Part shown: one piece after another, positions 10,610 through 21,171 of the stretch
How the letters are laid out: each line of letters opens with the position of its first letter
Numbering within the stretch: the first letter of the stretch is position 1
Source of the DNA: Leidyana gryllorum EB-2025a
Lineage: Eukaryota; Protista; Apicomplexa
Length of the DNA: 64,000 nt
Direction: 5' to 3'
NCBI GenBank assembly: GCA_048772705.1
Contig: JBLWGC010000185.1
Coordinates: 70,436 to 134,435 of the forward strand
Program-made: the position numbers and the translations under genes
The notes under the pieces: model-generated
What the model saw: the letters and a program-made list of their open reading frames with translations, nothing else
Told to the model about the DNA's origin: nothing
Database searches by the model: none

Positions 10610-12201
10610 TCAGTCATCACCTTTGGGGTCGTAGATGAGAGTGTGTGCTGCAACTAATGGCAGTGGGTACTCTGTGGTGGGTTTTGTGAGTTCGACCACA
10701 GTGTTGCCGATAGTGGTTGTGAGTGTATCTGGGGATGGACGAACCGCAATCCGATCGAATAACTGAGAGAGAAAGCGATATGACCTCTTCTTTGCTGATG
10801 TGTATGTGTCTCACCTGGTTGGGTCTTTCGCCTCGCATATACACCGAGGGTCGCATGTAGAGGTCCCGTCTCCGATAGACGCGTTCCATATCTGCAGCGT
10901 TTTGAGAGAGAGAGCCGAGTATCTCGACATCGCGAGTGGCTTCTGTGGTAATGGGGTCCGGGGGCATGGGGCCCTGATCCGGGTAGAGGGCTCGAAGTCG
11001 AGGATTGTCATCCACTAGATTGAGTTCGCGGGCGTTGCTGAGTGTGGTGAGTTCTCTGAGCTCTCTGAGCATTGCACAGGAGCCATAGTACATATCGATC
11101 AGGAAGTGTTCGAAAGCCTCAACTCGGTCGGTCAAGTGTGAGACCAAACCCAACTCATTGTCATACATTTGTATTTCACTCTTCATCCCGGCAACCATTG
11201 CATAGAGATCTTTGATATTCTCCTCTGTAACATTGAGACGTTGATGTTCTCTCAGGAGTTCGTGAGACACTCGGTCGAAAGGCAGCGATAACAGCTGAGC
11301 CTTGTGAGTCTTGCGAGGAGTCATGATTTCCTTCAGATATGTGGACGCCGGTTCTATGACGGGTTTGATGGCTGTGAGAGGCTGTGAAACACAGTGCGAC
11401 GGTGGTGGGACTCACTCTTCCCCGTTGTATTCACATTTTGTTGCAGCCGTCGTCTGTTGGCCATCTGACGGCTCAGCGGGAGACAGCCGACAAAGTTTTG
11501 CTGACGAAGGATTGGGGTACACAACTTGAACTCTTTCTGAGAAACGAACGCGATTGGATATCACATCCGGACGCACGACAGACATTACCGAGAGCATTCC
11601 CAGAGTGTCTTCGACCACACCGATACAACTTGTCGAGGCCAACTTGAGGTGCCACCGATCTACGGCCTCCACACACCGGTCGTCAGCGGGACTTGTCCGA
11701 CTCGGATCGCGTCGAATGCTCCGAAGCAGACTGCCTAAGACTTGAACATTACTGTTCTTCGAATAGCCGAGTGGAAAGTCAAAACAGTTCACATCGTCCA
11801 CCGCCATTGTCACCGATCCTCGCCCGTCCCGCTCAAATTGCTCCAGAGTGTACCCCGGCGGAACCATTATTGCTGCCATTATAGCTGCCACGGGCGGAGA
11901 CGACCGAAACGTCATCCCAACCAGTTCGAGACTTATTATACGAACCTTCTCATTCGTCATATAGTTGTCGTCCGATGATATCGTAACCTTCCCGTGCTTC
12001 AAATCCTCCTCTGTCGTCAGATACGATATCAACTGACCGTCCGCCGCATAGAATCCAACCAGTATTTCTGCATCACAAAAAGTCTACAACGCTCAACACC
12101 CATTACGACCCACCAAAGTCGGTGTCCCAAAGATTCAACGGCACACCCGCGCGCAATGTGAGCCACACGGCCTCACTACTGGCCCCTGATTTCTGCTGCA
12201 T
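10610..12201 (-). CDS. Hypothetical protein with N-terminal TerD-like domain and coiled coil, multi-exon
   Basis: Manual splicing joins ORFs 11412-12032 and 10617-11324 via GT-AG introns. The N-terminus DFEILVGFYAADGQLISYL...ISSDDN...IISLEL...GYTLEQFE...FDFPL...VLGSLLR...WHLK follows the TerD pattern loosely. Confidence 0.5.
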
Positions 12202-12305
12202 GTGATCCACATTAACACGGTGCACCTCCCCATTGGGGGCAGTCGCGGGAAAGATGTGTGGCGTTCGGCAGAGCGGAAAAGTAACAACATCAGGGAGATA
12301 AGAAT

Positions 12306-14681
12306 ATGCGTAGTCACATCTTGCCCTTTGTGTTGCCGCTCGTCCTGGGCGCCGTGTGGGAGGTCAAGGATCTTCTACCCGTCTTGTCCGCCACTGTGGA
12401 AGCGCAAATCGGTGAACGTAAGATCAACACGCCAACCACCACCTTCACTCACCCACTCCAGTCGCCAAACACCTCCAGGCGGAACCGCATTCCGCACCGC
12501 CACGCTTCCAGCAAGAACATCGCAGCCGACTTCGTCAAGAACTCAATGAACTAGTCCGGGAGGTATGGCACGCTGAGAATGAATACTCCAGACGAACCAC
12601 CGGACTGGCCTTGGTTCCTGATGAACTGGTCGCCCAGTCTCCAGTGAAGTTGCGCGATCAAGCAGGATTTCGGCAACTTCAGGAGGACGATGATGCTTTG
12701 CCAGACGACAGCATGCTCCTTTTTGAGCTCGATGCCGAGGGCATATCTAAGATCTTCAACGAGAGCTTAGCCGCTGCTACCGCTCCCTGTAAGCTCACAC
12801 AATTGCGCTCACCCAAACTTATCGCCTTTGATAGTGAAATCGCTATACAAGCTCACCAAAGCGCAAGACGGAGGTGCCGTTAGCGCTTTAGCGTTGAAAG
12901 AGTAAGTTGGGTCCACATGAACCACCCTTCCTACGCCTGCCCGAGTCACCTGTCCGATCGTTCTCATCTCACACACACGTGTGTGCTCCATGCGTTCCCG
13001 GAGACATGATATCGCAGAGATCTGTATCCTCGACCCAAGAAGCTTCTGGAAGGCAGAAGACAACAGCGGAATGATAGCGGGTTCCCCCTCAAGTTTCAGC
13101 TCGGTGACTTCGTGATCATGACATCTGTTGAAAAGGTCATCGCCAATCGACATGCCATGGGCGAAATGGCTAGCGCAACCACTGATCATTTCAAGAAGGT
13201 GGCTTTCGTGTGGCCTTTCGCCAACCGGTTCGCCGGATTACAGCGGGATGTGCTGCCCATCTATAATGACCTTTTGCCGGTCTTACAGGGCACTACTTAT
13301 AGAGCCCTTTCCGCTTTGATGGAGATGAGCCCGAGACGTATCAATGGTATGACCTTTGTATCAGCGGCCATGGAGTTGGTAACCTTGCTGACACGGATGC
13401 AAAGCATGGGCGATGTGCTGCTTCCGTTGACAGGGGTTTTGCTCACTGAGCTGGAGGAAGGTGCGTCTGTGATGGAGTCGTACCTTCCATTGCTGGAAGA
13501 GTATATTCCTCAAGTACGGCGCTTCCTCCCGACAGTGAAAGAGTTAGATCCTTACTACGGCAAGATGGCAGAGGGGATTGATCGTACCCTTGTTGCTGCC
13601 CAGCCGGTCTTGCAAGATTTCAAAAAGATGATTGGACCCTACTCCAAGGCATCTCCGAGGATCCGCAAGCTGATGGAAATTGTCGCTGGTCTCAGCATGG
13701 ACTTCTCAGACACGATGGAAGAGTATTTGGAGCGTCTGACTCGTGAGGCACCAGCGATATTGGAGTTTTATGACGACCCTGATGGGTTTGTACCTGTCTT
13801 GGCGACGAATCTAATCTCTGTGATTAGACGCAGTGGTCTGCCAGCAAGATTCCCGTCCTTGAGAAGTTTCATGCCTGAGATCAATGAGATGCGTCCAGCA
13901 ATGCGTGAATTCTTGACCGGATTACAAGCTCATCTGCCAAAATTGGTGGAAGAGATGATACCTTTAGCGGCCAGTATGCCTCGTCACGATGGGGCGTTTG
14001 AACATCTGAGCGACTTTTTGGTACACGCGAGTATTGCAGGCAGTGCTTTCAACTCGACACTGCTCCCGTCTTTGACGTCCCTCATGGAAGTTGTCGATCC
14101 GTTCATGGACTCGCTCAATGCCCCAGTGATCAATCTGGTGGTGGTTTTGCCGTTGCTCGCAACGACTGTGAGCTCTTTGTTATCGACTCTGCCGCGCACG
14201 GCTGCGTTATTGCCTGCGGTGTCGCCGCTTATGGCATCACTGCACAACTTGACGGGCCATATCGCCCCGGTCTTGCCCAGCGTTACGGGGCTGCTGGACG
14301 CTGCTGGAGATTGGGAGGATTCTCATTTGAACCGCATGAGGGGTCATCTAGTCGCTGTTTTGAGTGAGGCACCCCGATTGTTCGGGAAGGAGACAATTGC
14401 AATCGTGCCTTTGCCGACGGAATCGACGATTTACGCGAACGTCTCTGGGAAAGCAACGAGTGCGACTCGGACGCCAACGACTACATCGACGACGGCGACA
14501 AAGGGAGGCGAGAAGAGGTAATTACGTATGAAGTGATCGCTTTTTTCTGTACAGGATGGTTGTGAAACTGATGCCCCTGGATGAGGAGAGGGTGGCTGAA
14601 CTGATAGGGGAAGAAGAAGAAGAGGATGAATTGCCTGAGGAGGCGAGACAGATGATGATGAGTGCTCAGATAAGTACTTAG
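12306..14681 (+). CDS. Secreted amphipathic-helix-repeat protein, multi-exon
   Basis: Signal-like MRSHILPFVLPLVLGA and a 469-aa exon with Pro-punctuated Leu/Met helices. Intron 12902-13017 restores the frame, and a final exon ends at TAG 14679-14681. Early exon junctions are uncertain. Confidence 0.6.
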
Positions 14682-14693
14682 ATAGTTAGATGT

Positions 14694-15062
14694 TTAGTTA
14701 TTAAGCACTGCGAGAATATCATTCTCAGTGATGAAGGTAACTTCTTCATCTTTTTCATCGGCGAACTTGTACCCTTTGAAACTGTTGTAGAGGGCTATGT
14801 CCCCTACTTTTACCGATTTGACCGGAATATGTTGACCATTCGTTGGGTTTACGCGCCCCGGACCCACAGCCAGAACCTAAGAGCAGCAATTTACCATAGA
14901 TGGTTGTCGTCGCAAGCAGTAGCCCACCTTAGCTTTGGTGATTGACATCATGTTGTCCCTGTCTGGGATGATGTACAGTCCCTTTTCCGTCACTTCATTG
15001 GGCTTAATCACCTTCAGCAGTATATTGTCGAAGGTTGGTTTGAGTTTCGTCGCAAGGCTCAT
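14694..15062 (-). CDS. CPN10: Chaperonin 10 (Cpn10/Hsp10)
   Basis: LKPTFDNILLK...TEKGLYI...|VLAVGPGR...SVKVGD...ENDILAVL, with one intron. Confidence 0.9.
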
Positions 15063-15077
15063 TTGACAAATTTCTGG

Positions 15078-16056
15078 CTACGAACGCAGGTACACAGTCT
15101 GAGGGCACTGTGCGGCGCAGCACACACGTGTGTATTTTGAGTAGCTAAACTTCAGCTTACCTTCCAGGCGTCGATACAGTGCACTCCGAGCCACTGCAAA
15201 GTCAGCAAGGCGGGCATCGTGAGATCGACAACGCTGCAGTAGAAATACGGTGTTGCAGAGGGTCCGAGCACCTACCTGTCGATGCAGAAAAAGACTGTTC
15301 CCAGAACCACAAGGGGTAGGAGCGCGAGGTACACAGTGGCTACCCACGACGTCTGGCGCGGACTTGGTACTATGATGGTCAATGCTGCGTAGGCAGTGTA
15401 GAGGCGGAGAGGTGTCCGTGATGTGACTCACTAGCGAGGAGCTGAGCGATCAGCACACATTGAATGATCAGACGTCGAACTGGGAATGCAGGGAGGGGCA
15501 TCAGAATGAGATAGAAACTGCCTTGATTGGGCTTGTATGGTTCTAGAGCGTTGTTTGAGGCGGGAGAGAGCCGGAGCTTACTCAATAGCTTGAGCTGTGC
15601 TGTGAGCCATAAGACGGTGACTGCAGTTCCAACATAGGCTTGATAGAGGGGGCGACCAGGAGGCTCTTTGTTTCCCTTCAACTGCAAGACCAGGCCTTGT
15701 TGTATCGGAACCGCATCATCATTATCTGCAGAGCACACGCGTGTGTGTGTGCGTGTGTATGAGGCGAAAGTGTCACCTGTGGTGGTGTCTTCAGCTGACG
15801 GCATGTTGATAGCTATGTCGTGGTCGCCGGTGTGTCTTCTGTGGCAATGGGTTTGCCATTGGGCGACATGGTCATGGTCTACGCGGCCAGCGATCCCAAC
15901 CCGTTGTTCGGGTAGTAAGACCTGAACATATCCTGGATCAGAATTACGGGGTGTTGGACATATGAGGCTAGAGAGTACATGTTTATGTAGACGGAATTCG
16001 ACGGGCTGGACAAAGTCGGAGAGAGGTGCCGACCAGGGTTGGCTGGCCCCATCCAT
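15078..16056 (-). CDS. Hypothetical multi-pass membrane protein, multi-exon
   Basis: Spliced frame ...LIAQLLA|TLTIIVPSPRQTSWVATVYLALLPLVVLGTVFFCID|SVVDLTMPALLTLQWLG...WK|CPQTVYLRS* contains several hydrophobic segments. Confidence 0.5.
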
Positions 16057-16116
16057 TTGTTGGGGTGGCAAATATTGTGGGCATGCGTGGTCTGTGTTGT
16101 GGTTGTGTGGGGAAGT

Positions 16117-18958
16117 ATGTCTGACCAGGAAGAGCGAGGTTCAAATGCTAAACTTGGGCCCCCTAAGAAATCGGTTAGGCTGACGCCGGATCAGGCTGCT
16201 CGGACTCCAGCTGAGACGCATTCATTTCAGCGGAGGAAAACGTTGCAGCCCAGCACACTTCGGAAGACTTTGGTGCAGAAGACGCTGAATGCGCCGTCCC
16301 GAGATCGTAAGAATGAGCCAGGGGCCAGCAAGAAGGAGGAGTCACCGGCCAGAGGCGCTGGGCCACTGGACACCATGGAGCAACGATTAGCGGAGTTACG
16401 AGCGCAGGTGGAGAGTGCGGGTCTGAAAGATCGCGTAGGAAGCGATATGTCAGCGGAGGACGGCCGTTCGCAGTCTCCGGGAGCCGTGTCGAGTTCGCGT
16501 GACTCTCGGTCGGACGACAACCCGTTCCGTACCCACGAAGAGACGGATGCCTTTTTCTCCAATTACATTAAGCGTCAGGAAACCTTAAAGACTAACAGAG
16601 TGCTGAAGAATTTAGGTCTGCGCTCTACGACAGACGATCTGTTGCCGGGGGCAGAATGGGCCGATATGGCTGTCGAAGAGCCCTCGGCTCTCGAGAGGTG
16701 GTTGGCTATGGAGGAGAACAGCGACAGTGACTCGGGTCGCGAGGACGACAATCCCGTGGCAACGATGCGTCGGCGGTGTCGTCGACATTTGTATCTCCAT
16801 CAGAGAGCGCGATATCTGTATCAGAATCGCAACAATTGGCTCAATAGGATCCGTCAGTGGAGAGATGAGGAAATGAGAGAGATTCAGAAAATTGATGGAA
16901 GACTCGAATCGAAGCTCAGCGGTATCGCCAATGTGATTCAAAATCATCAGAAGGAATGCCGATTCCTTCGCAAAGGTTTGGAACGCCAAATGGGAATCCA
17001 ATTGGCCAATGTTGCCAACAAGGGGTGGTTCAAAACTGGTCAGGGTGGTGTCGTCGATCTCAGACCCGTCATGGCGCCTTTCCTCGCCAGCCGGGGCGCC
17101 TATAAAAGGGCTCACTCGGATCCGTCCGCTCGGACGAAGAAAGAAGGAGAAGAAGGGGCCGACACCGCCGGAGAGCACACGGGAAGGGGCGTCAGATTCG
17201 AAGATCCCAAACCTTTCGGAATGGAACCTCGTCAGGGAGGCCCTCTTGTCGGCCGCACAGCCAGTCTGGTTCGGAGGGCCACCTCTATGGGCAGCACGGG
17301 TGCAGCTCTGAAACGCCGCGCCTCGCTGGGATCCACGGCCCTCATCAAACGACCCTCTTTCATGGCCCTCGCCAATGGGCTCTTTGGAGGGGAAAGACGG
17401 ACCAACGCCTTCTCCAATGTCAAATTCGCCCGATCAATGAGAGACAGCGACTTGGAGGAAGTTGAGAACCGTCAGAAAGCAATTCAGGCCAAATTCAAAC
17501 AGCTCGAGAATATTAAACTCAGCAGAATCGATGACTATTCGGTCTCCCCCTTACAAAGAGCCCTCCTCAAATATGAACTTTTCGAAATGACTCGAGACGA
17601 AGCTGTATTGGATCTCAATGATTGGAGAATGATCTTCCCTCGATCCGACATCAGCAGTCTCCTCCCCTGGCTCGGAAAGCGCATGCGGAACGGCGAGGCC
17701 GTTACCGATTACGCTATGAAGAACAATCGACGGTTTGTTCATATCTATTCTAAGGGAGGCATCAGAGACGCTCGTGCTGAGGAACACGTCAAAACAGAAC
17801 GATCAAACCAGATTCTAGCGATGCTCAGAAAGAAAATCGACGAACTTCGAGACGATGAAGAAATCATCATCAATCAAACTCGCCAAGCAAAGGACGCTCT
17901 CCCCAAGATGCTCAAAAGCAGCTGGGTACCCAAACGCTTCCGCGAATGTGGTATGGACGATGAGGAGATCACAAAGGTGAGATCACTAAAAGACCCACGT
18001 GCCAGGAAACGGCTGGCTGAGTTGCTGTGTGCGCGTATAAAGTTTGCTCCCCGCAAACTGCACTATCTGTGCGCGCATCTGCTGTGCTCGCGGTTGCAAT
18101 TCATTATTGATGCACATACATGCGATGATGATCATGAGTAAATATACATCGTTGCTATCCAATGCTTAATAAGTGCAAGACCTATTCTTCTTTACTTTGC
18201 AGATTATCCGGAAGCGATATTACGAGGAAAAGGAACGACGGGATCGCCTGACCAACTCGTTGCCTGGCGGACTGAGTGCCGTGCCCTTGCAGCCTCCTCG
18301 CGCTCCTTACAAAGAGCATCCCGAGACTCCACCTCCAGTCGATCTAAGCCACAAACAGACTATGTTGGCTGGACAGTCCACCATGGACGCAGCACACACC
18401 CATCGTGCCAAGAGCATTAGCCCTGCAGATAATGATGATGACGAGGACGGCACAGGTGCCCTCGCAGCGGGAGGTCTCATAGGAGTTCTCACAGACAAGG
18501 ACGGCGCACCCGCTGATGAAGATGGGCCATTGACTGCTGGAGATAAACAATTCACCACCTTCTTCTTGAACGCCCTCGGCATCGACCCGAAGAGTCTCCT
18601 GACAGGAGACGAAGAACAGGGAGTCGATGAAAACGCTGTTCGGGAGGACGCTCGATTGCCTGGTTTCACGCCACAAGACGAGAAAGTCCAGTTGTTCGCT
18701 TGTCAAACCACGATGGCCGATGTAATGAACAATACTAAGGCCAATCTCGAGGATCTATACTCCATCGTCAATGACCAGGACGAACAGCCACGCCTTGTTC
18801 TGGAGACGAAACAAACGGAACAAGACAAACCTTGGGGACACTTCTTAACCGGACGTGGTCAACAAAGGATTGTACATAAATACTATCAACTCGATGATGC
18901 GGACGCCGATATGCTACCCGCCTGGGTGCAAACAGCGCAGACCGAAAGACAGGTGTGA
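16117..18958 (+). CDS. Hypothetical charged/coiled-coil protein, two exons
   Basis: ORFs 16039-18141 and 18173-18958 are joined in frame by intron 17977-18202 (gtgaga...ttgcag). Confidence 0.7.
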
Positions 18959-19267
18959 GGCCAGACGCACACACGGCGAGGCACTCAGTCAGTCTCCCTT
19001 CTCTTCTAGCACGCTCACTCGCACAATTAACCCTCCCTTCACACAGAAAACAAAATAGTCCCCAATGTGAAGAGTGAGACACGGAGAGTGGGTGTGTGGA
19101 GAGTGTTGTCGAGGCAGAAACAAGAAGGCATTGACAATGGCAATGGCAAGGATTCAGCACCTGGAGCAGCTAGGTGGAAAGGAAGCCGCCTTGGATCTTG
19201 AACAGCCGCCTCGTCACCTACGAGCTCGCTGAGTGCCTTGGTGTGCTTCATACTTCTTTGGCATTCT

Positions 19268-21152
19268 TCAAGGAGAGGTCGCCATCACCGACTGCTGCTC
19301 CAGATTGACATTTCGGGACCACGGACGCCCATATATGGTGCACAAGAAGGGGACGCCGATACACAATCCGAACCAGAAATAGTAATTGCCAAACAGAGTA
19401 GCCTTATGCAACCGGCTCATACTCATCAGTGGGATCTGGCACATCATGATGACAAACATGTATGGCCTGAACAACCCAAGAGCCACAGACTGCGTAGCAC
19501 ACACGTGTGTGCGTTTGGAATGAGCGAAGGAGACACACGAAGAGTGCCTACCAGGAAGGTCTCGTGCAGCAATGCAGAGAACATGAAGGTTGCAACGGAT
19601 GCGACCATCTTATTATTCTGCACAATTGTTATTGTTTGACAGATTGCAATGACATTTATTATGAGTTTACCTTTGTGGCCAAACTTGGCACGTAGACGTG
19701 TCGGAGTAAGAATTCGTGAACAGGTTTGTTCCATTTGCGGGCCAGTTCGTCCCACGTGGTGCAGTTCCACCAGTCCTGTGGCACAGAAGGGCGTGGAAGA
19801 ATTTCTTTGTTCTCAGGACTCACATGATAGAACTCGCGATCCCCAAAGTCAGTGATCTCAGCCAACATATTGAGGATACATTCGAACATGAAATAGAAGA
19901 ATAGGAAATCCATGATGAGAAGCGGAACGACCATCCTGATGGAGGGAAGTTTGGGTCAGTGACAGGATGCCTGATTTTTGCGCTCACCTCGCCCAGGTGT
20001 GAAGCATGGAGTACTTGTGGGACTCAGCGAAGACAGGGAGCATTAGATCTGCTGCAACAAGGTAGACGAGCATCTGAAAGATAGATTGGGGTAAGAGTTA
20101 GCTTGAATTTTGAAGATTACCAGAGTGCCAATGAGGAGAATGGTTTTCTTGAGGAAGTACATAGGACGGAAAGGATGGGGTGCCCTGGGGTAGTCGGTCT
20201 CATAGACCAATATAGGGGCGAGGAGAAAGCGTGCAAAATCCTTGAGCGTGAGTTTTTCCGCGACGGAAGAGTCTTCTTCGACTAGGTCAATGCTGGTTGT
20301 AGCATAAGAGTGCATCTTCATATAGTGTATCATGGTAACGGAGAGGGCGAAGGTGGAGGGGAAGATGGCGAGCGAGTTGCGTCGGACTAGAATGGACACA
20401 GTGATGATCATTATGGCCTGAAAGGAGTGTTTGGCGACCGATACGCGGTGCTTTGTCATTAATCCTTTTAAATAGGCCTGAACGAGACCGAAGGATGTGA
20501 ATGACCAACAAAAGCAGGCCAGCCACGTGCCCATCAAAATCCAGAACGGCGCAAACGCGGCTCGCGCCAACTGCGAAGAGGAGTTTGTTTGGGTCGATGA
20601 GAGCGAGCCGGCGATGACTTACTGTGCGGTCGAAGAAGTACCCCTTCTCTATCTTGTTATACGTTGGGTTCGCGATGATATAACAGAGGGAGACGATGTC
20701 TGCATTGTAAAGCGAGTTGGGGGCGAGTTGGGGCGAGTTGGGGCGAGTTGGGGGCGAGTTGGGGGCGAGTTGGGGCGAGTTGGGGCGAGTTGGGGGCGAG
20801 TTGGGGCGAGTTGGGGCGAGTTGGGGGCGAGTTGGGGCGAGTTGGGGGCGAGTTGGGGCGAGTTGGGACGAGTTGGGGGTGAGTGGTGCAGGTGAGTGAG
20901 GATTTGACGGGAGTACTTACGAGCGAGCGTCAAGAGTCCGACATAGTTTGATCGTGAGAGGTCCGAGTCGGGGTCGCAAGAGTCTAGACGAGAGGGTCGA
21001 ACAGAGCGGACAAAGTTGCCTATTTTGGGTTTAGGCGTGCCTTTGGCGGAGCCCTGTGTTGGGGAGGCGGGTGCCTTGGAGGAGGCGGTAGAGCTGGTTT
21101 CCGCCTCCATACGGAGGCGCGGGCCCTCACGCGGGGTGGTAGCGGAGACCAT
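19268..21152 (-). CDS. DGAT1: MBOAT diacylglycerol/sterol O-acyltransferase (DGAT1/ACAT family), multi-exon
   Basis: [60 protein letters not shown] (catalytic His) and FGNYYFW. Confidence 0.85.
20712..20881. repeat. G-rich minisatellite (GGGG[G]CGAGTT)n, ~16 copies, in a DGAT1 intron
   Basis: Directly visible 10-11-nt tandem units. Confidence 0.95.
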
Positions 21153-21171
21153 CTTAGGCAAAAATTAACCA

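Noticed and set aside
15074-15160. 5' UTR intron of CPN10
   Set aside because: Better explained as the last intron (15108-15160) and exon of the upstream membrane-protein gene, which stays in frame to TAG at 15078.
18125-18131. Box C (ATGATGA) snoRNA in the 226-nt intron
   Set aside because: No downstream CTGA box D before the intron end.
19039-19251. 70-aa ORF after the DGAT1 stop
   Set aside because: No recognisable motifs and it lies between convergent 3' ends; cannot be supported as a gene.
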